Below are positions 26,734 to 36,433 of a DNA stretch of 64,000 bases, piece after piece. Origin of the DNA: an uncultured Chloroflexia bacterium (GTDB lineage: Bacteria; Chloroflexota; Chloroflexia; Thermomicrobiales; Thermomicrobiaceae). A program made the translations under genes and the position numbers. The first letter of the stretch is position 1. Every line of letters begins with the position of its first letter. The notes under the pieces were generated by a model that was not told where the DNA came from, made no database searches, and saw only the letters and a program-made list of their open reading frames with translations. The stretch spans positions 11,004 through 75,003 of the forward strand of contig CAWBKX010000001.1 in the NCBI GenBank assembly GCA_963789565.1, given 5' to 3'.

Positions 26734-26839
26734 GCTTGAAATCCTCTTCCCTGTCTGGACCAACTGGGGCCCTCCCGCTCGACGGCGGTCCACTCGCCAG
26801 TCTGGAAGTTCGAGTCGGGCTTGTCAATTCAGTGGGCAC

Positions 26840-27694
26840 TCAGGGCTGTGAGGAGTCTGTTTGATCCTGTGCTGGCATGGGGTCGACGACGGTACGGATG
26901 ACGGCGTCGTCGGCATATATCACGGGGTCCGAAGGAGTGATATCGTCCGTGTAGTTGCCAACTCCGAAGTGCGTGTTATCCGCGATGGCGGTCTGTACCT
27001 GATCGACATCAAAGAGCAGATCGCTCCCCTGCCAGACCGTGATACGTCCGGTTTTGTCCGTTGCCCGGCGAAAAAAGACCTTCACCTGAAACCAGGAATT
27101 GAGCGGCAAATCGACGTGGTGCAACGGTGAATAAGACGTGTTGGTGAGGCCGTCCCAGAGGTAAAAGTACATGGAGCCATCCGGACGGTTGCCGACATTC
27201 AACACCCACGTTGGAACGTTATCAGTGGCGGATTGCGATTTGAATTGCAGCACGTTCCACCATTCCGCGGGGTGGTAGACCTGCGGGAAGTCGAACCAGA
27301 CGCTGTAATAGCCTGCCACCGGCGTGTCATGCCAGCGGAGGATGCGAGCGGCTTGGGTCACGCCAGAGGCGCCCGCAATACTCAGCTTGAGAGAATAGGA
27401 TCCGCTACGGGCTACGTCGGTGCTTGCCTCAACCGAACCGGTACCCGTATTGAAGACCGCTTCGTCAAACTGTCCCATGGCCCATTGTGAGACGTCGCCC
27501 GTCTCAGTATCCGCGGCCCATACGACCGGACCGCCGGGAGGCGGCGGATTAGAAGGCGCCACACGCGGCGAAATCTGCGCGCTCATCAGCACCGCCATGA
27601 TGAGAGACGCGGCGAGCAGGCCGATGCCGATGGGGAAGATGCGCCTGCCCCGAGTCCTTCGGCGTGTTTCTCTCTTCTCGCCAGTCACAGACAT
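26840..27694 (-). CDS. Signal-anchored secreted protein, concanavalin-like / polysaccharide-lyase-like fold (tentative)
   Basis: An Arg-rich n-region is followed by the TM IFPIGIGLLAASLIMAVLM. The remainder is rich in beta-strands, with W/Y-rich motifs (YYSVWFDFPQVY, WWNVLQFK, MYFYLWDG). The family assignment is pattern recognition only. Confidence 0.45.
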   Translation of the reverse strand: MSVTGEKRETRRRTRGRRIFPIGIGLLAASLIMAVLMSAQISPRVAPSNPPPPGGPVVWAADTETGDVSQWAMGQFDEAVFNTGTGSVEASTDVARSGSYSLKLSIAGASGVTQAARILRWHDTPVAGYYSVWFDFPQVYHPAEWWNVLQFKSQSATDNVPTWVLNVGNRPDGSMYFYLWDGLTNTSYSPLHHVDLPLNSWFQVKVFFRRATDKTGRITVWQGSDLLFDVDQVQTAIADNTHFGVGNYTDDITPSDPVIYADDAVIRTVVDPMPAQDQTDSSQP

Positions 27695-27838
27695 CCCCTG
27701 AGGATCGATACGGTGCAGGACACATTTCACGAGACCGCACGAGCGGTTGCACAGCTTGATGGTGAACTCGGTCGTGACGCTCGACCATGGGTCATTCGAA
27801 CCAAATGGCTCCCCACTGTGTCATCGCACCTCGCCAAA

Positions 27839-28465
27839 TCAGATGGCTATCGCTCTGCTCAGTATCTCTTGCAGATGGGTGAAGTCCTCGACCTGTGTCG
27901 CGAACGGACGATGGATCTGGGCTCGTGGACTTGGGTGGTACATGGGAACGAGCACACGACTCGCCCACCGCAGTTCGTGCCCGACATCATGGCGCAACGT
28001 CGCCGAATGCGGCGAGATCTGATTGAGGGCTTCGAGCGCGATTGCTCCAAGCGTGACGACCACGACCGGATTCACCAAGTCGATGGTTCGTTCGAGGTAT
28101 GCGACGCAGCGGCGAAGCTCCGCTCTCGACGGGGCGGCATTGCGACCGCGCGAATCGAGCGGATTGCACAACACGGCATTGGTGACAAAGACGTCTTCAC
28201 GCGCAAGGCCCGCCGCGGCGAGAAGTCGCTCGAAGTTGCGGCCCGACTGATCTCCGCTGAGTGGCACACCGGTTCTGGCGGCGCCCAAACGGCCGGGTGC
28301 CTCCGCGACGAACATTATCTGGGCATGGAGTGGGCCGTTTCGCTCGCTGAGCACGGCCGGACCCGCCATGCGCGGACACCACCTGCAGCCCGACGCCTCG
28401 ACAAGCAACTCTTCGAACGCGGACACTCGAATGCCGATCGATGGGCGATTGGTTGACTGAGCCAA
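27839..28465 (-). CDS. Uracil-DNA glycosylase superfamily protein (family 4/5-like hybrid motifs)
   Basis: It has CRWCPRM, then MFVAEAPGRLGAARTGVPLSGDQSG, and HPSP near the C-terminus. Confidence 0.7.
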   Translation of the reverse strand: MAQSTNRPSIGIRVSAFEELLVEASGCRWCPRMAGPAVLSERNGPLHAQIMFVAEAPGRLGAARTGVPLSGDQSGRNFERLLAAAGLAREDVFVTNAVLCNPLDSRGRNAAPSRAELRRCVAYLERTIDLVNPVVVVTLGAIALEALNQISPHSATLRHDVGHELRWASRVLVPMYHPSPRAQIHRPFATQVEDFTHLQEILSRAIAI

Positions 28466-28481
28466 GGTTTACCGGCCGGTG

Positions 28482-31073
28482 CTAGGACGGTCGTTCCGCC
28501 CAGGTAATCAGCCCGGGAAGAAACGGCGATACGAGATCGTCATGGCGCGGAAGGATCCGCACTGTGAACCCCTTCGCGCCGCTCGTACGGTCAACATCCA
28601 AACGAGCGCTGAAGACTGGATGACCATCGTCATCGTGCCGAACGATGGTCATCGGAACAGATTTTCCCGAGAATATCTCCTCGTCGTCGCTCACGGCGCC
28701 GACATAGAGTTGCACGTTGACGTCCTCGGGTGCCAGATCGCCAGTCTGAACGTGCGCCGTGACCTCGATAGACGCTCCCGGCGACACCGTTTCCGGCGAA
28801 TCCGATTCAACCTCCAGCACGCGCACGGAGCCCCAATGCTCTCGCACCCGCTTCTTCCAACTGGCGAGATCTCGACTGACGGCGAGATCGTCTCGCGAGC
28901 GACGTTCGAGCCGGTGAGATGAGGGCAGATAGAAATGCTGGTAGTACTGCCAGACCATGCGGTGAGTGTTGAATACTCCGGTCAGCTGGCTCACGGAGGA
29001 GCGCATTTGCGCGATCCAGTCATGCGGTAGGCCATCGGCGCCACGTCGAAAAAAGGTCGGGACCACATGCTCTTCCAAAATTTCATACAGGTCGAGTGAG
29101 TCTGCCTGATCCTGAATCTCGAGCGACGGGAATGGCTCGCTACGACCGATCGACCAACCGATCGCCGGACAGTCGGGAGCCGCGTCGTTCCAGGCTTCGG
29201 CCCACCAGCCGTCGATGGTACTCATGTTGAGTCCGCCATTCGCGGCGGCCTTCATCCCGCTGGTACCGCTGGCCTCCATTGGCCGTCGCGGAGTGTTCAG
29301 CCAGACGTCGGCCCCCTGGACCATCTGCGACGCCACGTGGATGTCATAGTCCTCGATGAAGACGATATGGTCGCGAAACGGTGCTTCATGCGCCAGCGAG
29401 ACGATCTGGCGGATGAGTTCCTTGCCCTGATCGTCACGCGGGTGCGCCTTGCCAGCAATGATGATCTGAACCGGCCGACTCTCGTCAGTCAGCAAGCGCT
29501 CCAGCCGGGCAGGATCGCGGAAAAGAAGTGTGGCTCGCTTGTAGGCCGCAAAGCGCCTGCCGAACCCAATGGTCAACGCGTCGGGCCGCAAGACGTTGCG
29601 CGCGCTTTCGATCTGCAAGCGTGATGCGCCTCGTCGAACGTATTGCGTGGTGAGACGCGCTCGAGCGAACTCGACGAGTCGGCGTCGACAGGCTTCATGC
29701 GTGCTCCAGAGCGATTCCTCGGGGATCTGATTGACCCGACCCCAGACGTCGTGGTTCGCGGGTTCGTGTCGCCATTCTTCACCTATGTATCGGTCGTAGA
29801 GCGAGCCCATCTCTGGCGATACCCACGAGTTGAGGTGAATCCCGTTCGTCACGTGACCGATCGGCACCTCTTCGACCGGGACTCCAGGCCAAATGCCATT
29901 CCACATGGCGCGAGTGACGTCGCCGTGGAGATCGCTCACTCCGTTACTGTACGACGCCAATCGCAGCGCCAGAATCGTCATGCAGAACGCTTCACCATCG
30001 TTGTCTGCGTTTTGACGTCCGAGTGCGAGGAAGTCGTGCGCGGAGAGGCCGAGAGATTCCGGATACGCGTGGAAGTAGCGATCGACGAGGTCCGGCGCGA
30101 AGTAGTCGTGACCGGCGGGCACCGGCGTGTGGCTTGTATACACAAGCCCTGCCGAGGCCGTTTCTCGCGCGTCCGCAAACCCGACCCCATATTTGCCCAT
30201 GATCTCGCGAACCCGTTCGAGACCAAGAAAGGCCGAATGACCCTCGTTCATGTGATAGATCGATGGCTGCAGATTCATGGCCTGCAACGCTCGATAGCCA
30301 CCAATGCCGAGAACGATCTCCTGCTGGATGCGGGTTTCGATGTCGCCACCGTAGAGCTTGTCGGTGATGCCACGATCGTTCGGCTCGTTGTGCGGGACGT
30401 TGGTGTCGAGTAGGAAGAGTGGAACCCGGCCGATCTGCGCGCGCCACACGCAGGCGTAGACGCTTCGCCCAGGGAATGCGATCTCCACGCAAACTGGCTG
30501 TCCGTCATCATCCTGGACGAGCTCCAACGGCATGCGCTGGAAGTCGTTCTGCCGGTACATCTCCTGCTGCCAGCCAGCTTCGTTGAGGAACTGATGGAAG
30601 TAGCCTTGCTGGTAGAGGAGACCCACACCAACCAGAGGAAGTCCAAGGTCACTCGCCGACTTGAGGTGGTCTCCGGCCAAAACGCCGAGACCACCGGCGA
30701 AGATCGACATGCACTCGGTCACTCCGAATTCGGCTGAGAAATAAGCTACCAACGGCTCATCCCGGCCTCGTTCGGTACGGCTATACCAGGTCGACGTCCC
30801 TTGCATGTAGCGCTCGAGCTCGTGACTGATTGATTCGACACGACGGACGAACGTTTCGTCGGACGCGGCGGCATCCAGCTTGTCCTGATCGATCGACGAG
30901 AGGAGCAACATCGGGTTGTGCCGCGTTCGGTCCCACAACTCGGGATCAAGCTCGACAAAGAGCGCTCGCGCGTGGTGATGCCAAACCCACCAGAGGTTCA
31001 TGCTGATGTCCCTGAGCGGCGCAAGCGCTTCGGGAAGAATCGGAGTCACACGAAATGTTCGTAAGGCTTTCAT
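28482..31073 (-). CDS. glgP: Alpha-glucan phosphorylase (GT35, GlgP with DUF3417-type N-terminus)
   Basis: The start MKALRTFRVTPILPEALAPLRDISMNLWWVWHH is the typical family N-terminus. It has EASGTSGMKAAANGG (PLP lysine region). Confidence 0.9.
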   Translation of the reverse strand: MKALRTFRVTPILPEALAPLRDISMNLWWVWHHHARALFVELDPELWDRTRHNPMLLLSSIDQDKLDAAASDETFVRRVESISHELERYMQGTSTWYSRTERGRDEPLVAYFSAEFGVTECMSIFAGGLGVLAGDHLKSASDLGLPLVGVGLLYQQGYFHQFLNEAGWQQEMYRQNDFQRMPLELVQDDDGQPVCVEIAFPGRSVYACVWRAQIGRVPLFLLDTNVPHNEPNDRGITDKLYGGDIETRIQQEIVLGIGGYRALQAMNLQPSIYHMNEGHSAFLGLERVREIMGKYGVGFADARETASAGLVYTSHTPVPAGHDYFAPDLVDRYFHAYPESLGLSAHDFLALGRQNADNDGEAFCMTILALRLASYSNGVSDLHGDVTRAMWNGIWPGVPVEEVPIGHVTNGIHLNSWVSPEMGSLYDRYIGEEWRHEPANHDVWGRVNQIPEESLWSTHEACRRRLVEFARARLTTQYVRRGASRLQIESARNVLRPDALTIGFGRRFAAYKRATLLFRDPARLERLLTDESRPVQIIIAGKAHPRDDQGKELIRQIVSLAHEAPFRDHIVFIEDYDIHVASQMVQGADVWLNTPRRPMEASGTSGMKAAANGGLNMSTIDGWWAEAWNDAAPDCPAIGWSIGRSEPFPSLEIQDQADSLDLYEILEEHVVPTFFRRGADGLPHDWIAQMRSSVSQLTGVFNTHRMVWQYYQHFYLPSSHRLERRSRDDLAVSRDLASWKKRVREHWGSVRVLEVESDSPETVSPGASIEVTAHVQTGDLAPEDVNVQLYVGAVSDDEEIFSGKSVPMTIVRHDDDGHPVFSARLDVDRTSGAKGFTVRILPRHDDLVSPFLPGLITWAERPS

Positions 31074-31332
31074 CGTGCTGACGAATTTCCAATCACAGGT
31101 TTGTTCCACCCGTTCATTCAGAAGCACGCATTGACCTTAGCGGTCAACTTTCGTGTTCCAGCCTGACACATACATCGACTAGCATAACAATTACGGCCTT
31201 GCCTGAACGAGCAAGACGTCGGAGAGGTACAAATGGACCGACCACTCCGCGCTGGGTGAGTGATGCGCTGCGCCGTTGCCACATCCGTGGCAGAATCTCA
31301 GCACGGGATAGACGGACGGGAGTGCATTCGTA

Positions 31333-32091
31333 ATGGTTTGCAGATCCGAACTGGTCGAATTTTGCGCGTCGATACTCGATGCTGCTCGATTTCGTGACGC
31401 GGGATTGAACGGGCTGCAAGTCGAGGGCAGGCGCGAGATTGCACGACTGGCGACCGCGGTGAGTGTCAGTGAGTGGACGATTCGGCAGGCCATCGATTGG
31501 AATGCCGATATGCTGCTGGTGCACCACGGTCTCTTTTGGGGCGAGCAATCCGGCCCGATCGTTGGTCACCTTCGCGCGCGACTGCGGCTCCTGCTACTCA
31601 ACGACCTGAACCTGGTCGGATTTCATCTCCCACTTGATGCACACCCCGAAATTGGCAACAACGCGCTCCTCATTCGAGAGCTTGGCTTGAAGATTGACCG
31701 GCCGTTCTCGGAGGTCGCCGGTCAGCCAATCGGGTTCATTGGCACCGCCAGGTCCGAGATTACCGCGACAGAGCTTGCCCAACGACTTCAGACGATGACG
31801 AGCCACGAACCTACAGTGCTGGCTGGCGGGCCGGAGGCGACCGGTCGAGTCGCCGTGGTCAGCGGCTCGGGCTACTCCGCGCTCGAAGAAGCCGTACACC
31901 TTGGCTGTGGAGCGTTGATAACCGGTGACGTGCGCGAACCTACCATGGCGATCGCGCGCGAGCTCGGAATCACCGTCATCGCGGGCGGACACGAGGCGAC
32001 CGAGCGCTTGGGTATTCAAGCTCTAGCCAACTTGGTGACCGATACGTTCGACATCGAGACGCGCTTCTTTGCCGACCCAAATCCGATTTAG
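31333..32091 (+). CDS. Nif3-like dinuclear metal centre protein
   Basis: It has GLQVEG, LLVHHGLFW, FHLPLDAHPEIGNN and a C-terminal GGHEATE. Confidence 0.85.
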   Translation: MVCRSELVEFCASILDAARFRDAGLNGLQVEGRREIARLATAVSVSEWTIRQAIDWNADMLLVHHGLFWGEQSGPIVGHLRARLRLLLLNDLNLVGFHLPLDAHPEIGNNALLIRELGLKIDRPFSEVAGQPIGFIGTARSEITATELAQRLQTMTSHEPTVLAGGPEATGRVAVVSGSGYSALEEAVHLGCGALITGDVREPTMAIARELGITVIAGGHEATERLGIQALANLVTDTFDIETRFFADPNPI

Positions 32092-32158
32092 ATTCGCCAG
32101 GGTCGTCGATTAAGGCAACGAGGGCCGTTCGCGACAGATTGCACGACGGAGGGAAACG

Positions 32159-33505
32159 ATGGCGTCTACGGCTGACCTGTTCAAAGCGTACGACGTGCGC
32201 GGTGTATACCCGGATGAGCTGAATCCTGAGCTTGCATACGCCATTGGGCGCGCCTTCGTCACCTATCTCAAGCCTCAACAGGTGGTCGTCGGGCGCGACA
32301 TGCGCATCTCGTCTCCCGTACTGGCGAGCGCGTTGATTGACGGTATCCGGGATGAAGGTGCGGATGTCTGCGACATCGGACTGGTCAGCAGCGACAGCCT
32401 CTATTTCGCAGTTGGAAAATACGGCTTCGAAGCCGGAGTGATGGTCACGGCGTCGCACAACCCGGCCGAGTACAACGGCTTCAAGTTCTGTCGGGCCGAG
32501 GCACGGCCGCTGAGCATGGACGAGGGGATCGGCGAGATTCGCGATCTCGTCCTGAGTGGAGCTTTTGGCGCGCCCAAGAGCCGTGGCAAGCTGCACAGCA
32601 AGAACATCCTTCCGGGTTTCTCGGCGCACGTCCTGTCGATGATCAACACGGCGTCAGTCAAGCCGATGACGATCGTCATCGACGCGGGTAACGGGATGGC
32701 GGGAAAGATCGCTCCAGCCGTCTTCAAGCATCTGCCAGTCACCATCATCCCGCTCTACTTCGAGCTCGACGGCCGCTTTCCCAACCACCCTGCCAACCCC
32801 ATCGAGCCCGAGAACACGCTCGATCTCAAGCGAACAATCGTGGAGAAGGGCGCCGACTTCGGGATCGCATTCGATGGCGACGCCGACCGCATGTTCATCC
32901 TCGACGAGCACGGAACGTTCGTTGGTGGAGACATGGTCACGGCTCTGGCGGCCAAATCGTTGCTCCGCAAACATCCCGGCAGTGCCATCGTCTACAACCT
33001 CATCTGCTCCAGAGCCGTGCCGGAGACGATCGAACGTGAAGGCGGACGAGGAATCCGGTCTCGCGTGGGTCATTCCTTCATCAAGGCACTCATGCGTGAA
33101 AACGACGCGGTCTTCGGCGGAGAACACTCAGGCCACTTCTACTTTCGAGACAACTGGTACGCCGACTCCGGCATCATCGCCGCGCTGACCATCATCGAGC
33201 TCCTCTCGGTCGAAGGCGTGAGCATCAGCGAGGCGCTCAAGCCGCTCGACCACTACGTGCGCTCGGGAGAGATCAATTCCGAGGTGGTCGACCAGCAGAG
33301 CGTGCTCGAAAAGCTTGAGGCGGTCTACGCTGACGCGGACCTTGATCATCTGGATGGGCTGACAATTGGCTACCCGACCTGGTGGTGTAACGTGCGAGCG
33401 TCCAACACCCAGCCACTACTGCGACTCAACGTCGAAGCCGACAGTCTCGAGCTTTTGCACGAGAAAACGGCCGAACTGCTACGAGTCGTCCGGACTGAGG
33501 CATGA
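32159..33505 (+). CDS. Phosphomannomutase/phosphoglucomutase
   Basis: It has GVMVTASHNPAEYNGFKF (active-site Ser), FDGDADR (Mg site) and GGEHSGH. Confidence 0.9.
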   Translation: MASTADLFKAYDVRGVYPDELNPELAYAIGRAFVTYLKPQQVVVGRDMRISSPVLASALIDGIRDEGADVCDIGLVSSDSLYFAVGKYGFEAGVMVTASHNPAEYNGFKFCRAEARPLSMDEGIGEIRDLVLSGAFGAPKSRGKLHSKNILPGFSAHVLSMINTASVKPMTIVIDAGNGMAGKIAPAVFKHLPVTIIPLYFELDGRFPNHPANPIEPENTLDLKRTIVEKGADFGIAFDGDADRMFILDEHGTFVGGDMVTALAAKSLLRKHPGSAIVYNLICSRAVPETIEREGGRGIRSRVGHSFIKALMRENDAVFGGEHSGHFYFRDNWYADSGIIAALTIIELLSVEGVSISEALKPLDHYVRSGEINSEVVDQQSVLEKLEAVYADADLDHLDGLTIGYPTWWCNVRASNTQPLLRLNVEADSLELLHEKTAELLRVVRTEA

Positions 33506-34023
33506 CCCAGGCTCGTCGATCGGATCAAAAGCCGCCACGCCCGGGAACCCCGGTAACGATCGTCAAACTGAAACCCGATGGATCGGAGGCCATCCGCTAT
33601 CCGGGAGAGGTCATCGCGTCCCCGCGTGAGTGGGTGGCGGCTCGCGCTCCGTGGGAACAACGTCGGGTCGACCTTGGCTATCTGATCTTCGAGCCCGACG
33701 ACGTTTTCTTGGAGTACTTCTCGCTCGATCGACCATTCAATGCCTTCTCGATCTTCACGTCCGAAGGCCAGCTCAAGGGCTGGTATTGCAACGTCACCCA
33801 CCCCTCATGGACAGAAGCGGCGACGATCTACTGGCACGACCTGTACATCGACGTCATCGCATACCCGGACGGCCGCACGCTGGTTCTGGACGAAGACGAG
33901 CTGTCCGAGTCTGGATTGGCGCACACTGAGCCAGCGCTCCACGCTCTGATCCTCAAGACCAGAGACGACTTGCTGAGCATGATCGCCGCTGCCGAGTACC
34001 CCTTCAATCGGACCCGAATGTAG
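33502..34023 (+). CDS. DUF402 (FomD-like nucleoside di/triphosphatase) family protein
   Basis: It has GWYCNVTHP ... DLYIDVIAYPDG ... LDEDEL. The start overlaps the upstream stop by 4 nt. Confidence 0.7.
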   Translation: MTQARRSDQKPPRPGTPVTIVKLKPDGSEAIRYPGEVIASPREWVAARAPWEQRRVDLGYLIFEPDDVFLEYFSLDRPFNAFSIFTSEGQLKGWYCNVTHPSWTEAATIYWHDLYIDVIAYPDGRTLVLDEDELSESGLAHTEPALHALILKTRDDLLSMIAAAEYPFNRTRM

Positions 34024-34126
34024 CCGCGTTCAATCTCCACGTCCGTTAACGTTTCTTGCGAACGTATAGATCAAATGTTCTGCTACAATGGATCTCGCAG
34101 TTTGGCGTGCGGAGAGGATCGAGCAG

Positions 34127-35344
34127 ATGACCGTGCGGATCTCCATGGACGAGGCCAGAGCGCTGGCTGTCATTGCGCAGGGACTCGACGAGCCCGCCTC
34201 TGGACCTCCGTCCAAGAGCGCCATCATGGAGACGATCCGACGGATTGGCTGCTTGCAGATCGACACGATCTCGGTCGTGGCTCGCAGTCACTACCTCGTG
34301 CTCTGGAGCCGCCTCGGACAATATGATCCCGCGCTCGTTGATGAACTGCACCATCCCGATCGCCTCCTCTTTGAATACTGGGGGCACGCTGCTTCACTCC
34401 TTCCGTCCGATCTTTTCCCGTATTTCCGCCGCAGGATGCAGCAGCGCCGCATCAAGTTCATGGATGGCGAGGAGACGTGGGCAGTCGAGAACGAGGAACT
34501 GATCACGCAGGTCCTCACCGCCGTGCGAGAACACGGTCCGATCAGCTCGAGCCACTTCGAGCGGCTCGACTCCAGCGAACCTATTGAGGCGTGGTCCTGG
34601 TGGGGAGGCAAGCCCGAAAACCAGGCGCTCGATCTGCTCTGGACGACCGGAGCCCTGGCCATACATCGCCGAGTCAACTTCCAACGCCACTATGACTTGA
34701 CCGAACGCGTCTTCCCGGAGCATGCCAGCACCGATCTCCCGCGTGAATCAGAGGAGAACCGGGTTCTCGCCAATCGAGCGCTGGACGCGATGGGCGTCGC
34801 GTTTCCAGCAGGGATAAACGACTACTTCCGCACGAAGTGGGGCGCACGCACGCGTCGCATCCTCGCCGAGCTCGAACACGACGGCGAGATCTTCCCGGTT
34901 GAGATTGAAGAGTTGGGAACGGCGTACGTCACGCAGAGCAACAAGTTGCTCTTCGATGAGGTGCGAGCTGGGCGGCGACCGACCCGCACGACGCTCCTCT
35001 CACCGTTCGACAACCTGATTTGGGAACGACATCGAACTGAGAAGCTGTTCGGCTTCGAGTATCGCCTCGAGTGCTACACCCCTGCTCCGAAGCGGAAATA
35101 CGGATACTACAACCTGCCGATTCTCGACCGAGGAAGGCTCATCGGACGACTCGACCCGAAAGTCGATCGCCGCGAGCGCGTGCTCTACCTACGCTCGGTG
35201 CACATCGAGCCGGGAATCACGTTTGACGACGAAATTTCGCGGCGGCTCCAGGAGACGTTGCGCGACTTCGCAGCCTTCAACGAAGCCGACACCATTGTGG
35301 TGCAGGCCGGACCGAAAAGGCTGCCGCGTCAATTCGACGTGTAA
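34127..35344 (+). CDS. YcaQ-family winged-helix DNA glycosylase (interstrand crosslink repair type)
   Basis: ATG at 34127 after GGAGAGGA. It has LQIDTISVVARSHYLVLWSRLG, LFEYWGHAAS and YYNLPIL. Confidence 0.75.
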   Translation: MTVRISMDEARALAVIAQGLDEPASGPPSKSAIMETIRRIGCLQIDTISVVARSHYLVLWSRLGQYDPALVDELHHPDRLLFEYWGHAASLLPSDLFPYFRRRMQQRRIKFMDGEETWAVENEELITQVLTAVREHGPISSSHFERLDSSEPIEAWSWWGGKPENQALDLLWTTGALAIHRRVNFQRHYDLTERVFPEHASTDLPRESEENRVLANRALDAMGVAFPAGINDYFRTKWGARTRRILAELEHDGEIFPVEIEELGTAYVTQSNKLLFDEVRAGRRPTRTTLLSPFDNLIWERHRTEKLFGFEYRLECYTPAPKRKYGYYNLPILDRGRLIGRLDPKVDRRERVLYLRSVHIEPGITFDDEISRRLQETLRDFAAFNEADTIVVQAGPKRLPRQFDV

Positions 35345-35387
35345 GGAGCCACGGGCGAGCGGTGCTCGATCGCCAGCGTATGAAGCC

Positions 35388-35606
35388 TTAGCGGAATCGA
35401 TAGGTGATTCGACCTCGCTGGAGGTCGTATGGGGAGAGTTCCAACCGAACCTTGTCGCCGATGATGATGCGGATGAAATTCTTACGCATCTTGCCTGACG
35501 CGTGCGCGAGAACGTGGTGGCCGTTTTCCAGCTCAACGGTGAACATTGCGTTCGGAAGCGCCTCAACCACCGAGCCTTCCGCCTGAATCATGTCAGATCT
35601 TGCCAA
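35388..35606 (-). CDS. infA: Translation initiation factor IF-1
   Basis: It has [60 protein letters not shown] at 35606, 8 nt after AAGGAG, gives the canonical 72 aa. The longer ATG ORF would add an atypical extension. Confidence 0.9.
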   Translation of the reverse strand: MARSDMIQAEGSVVEALPNAMFTVELENGHHVLAHASGKMRKNFIRIIIGDKVRLELSPYDLQRGRITYRFR

Positions 35607-35776
35607 TCGTTCGTCTCCTTTGTTTCTTGCTGCTGATAGGTCGTGCAGTCGGCATGTCCGACGGGCATTTTTTTGCAATCACATGATGCCACGCACAGAG
35701 CTGCTTGCGCTCCGTCAGTGGGCCAAGTACCATCATACCAAGATTTGCTTAGATTTTGCCACCACTGAGGACCGCG

Positions 35777-36433
35777 ATGTCGGACGATTCGCTGCACGAA
35801 TCTGACGCTCAAGTCAATTCAGGCAATTGGCTCTCCATCGACGCAGCCTGTCAAATGTTGGGCGTCGATCAATCGACGTTGCGCCGCTGGAGCGATTCCG
35901 GCAAGGTTCCAGTCTTCCGCACACCGGGAGGTCATCGCCGCTATAACGAAGAGGACATCAAGGCACTGCTGCATGGAGAGAGTCGACCCCGACGTCGTAT
36001 GAGCCGTCAGGTCTTGACCGACCTCTCTTTTTCCGGTTACGAAAGCGACTTCATCCGCCAGGTCCGCTCACGAGCCTGGTATCGCGCCTACAGCGCGGGA
36101 CAGGTCGAAGAACTACGCTCTCTCGGTCGAAGACTGGTCGACCTCGCCATCCGCTCGATTAGCGGACGGTCAGACCAGCGCCTGATCATCGAAGAAGGAC
36201 AAGCGATCGGACGTCGCTATGGTTCGATGAGTGCCGAAGCCGGCCTCTCGGTGAACGATGCGGTCGAGGCGTTCCTCTTCTTCCGCTACCCCGTGATTCA
36301 GGCCATGACGCGCTTCATCGAAGAAGAAAGCGTCCCGGCCAAGCGCTCGGGACGCATCTACGTCGAGATCAGCCAGTTTCTCGATCAAGTGTTGCTGGCG
36401 ACCGTTTCGGCCCACGCACAAACGGCGCTTTAG
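35777..36433 (+). CDS. Helix-turn-helix (MerR/excisionase-type) DNA-binding protein with helical C-terminal domain
   Basis: ATG at 35777 (GAGGA upstream). It has WLSIDAACQMLGVDQSTLRRWSDSGKVPVFRTPGGHRRY. Confidence 0.6.
   Translation: MSDDSLHESDAQVNSGNWLSIDAACQMLGVDQSTLRRWSDSGKVPVFRTPGGHRRYNEEDIKALLHGESRPRRRMSRQVLTDLSFSGYESDFIRQVRSRAWYRAYSAGQVEELRSLGRRLVDLAIRSISGRSDQRLIIEEGQAIGRRYGSMSAEAGLSVNDAVEAFLFFRYPVIQAMTRFIEEESVPAKRSGRIYVEISQFLDQVLLATVSAHAQTAL

Noticed and set aside
27713-28456. 247-aa plus-strand ORF
   Set aside because: It is antisense to the UDG-superfamily gene. The UDG frame carries the family motifs.
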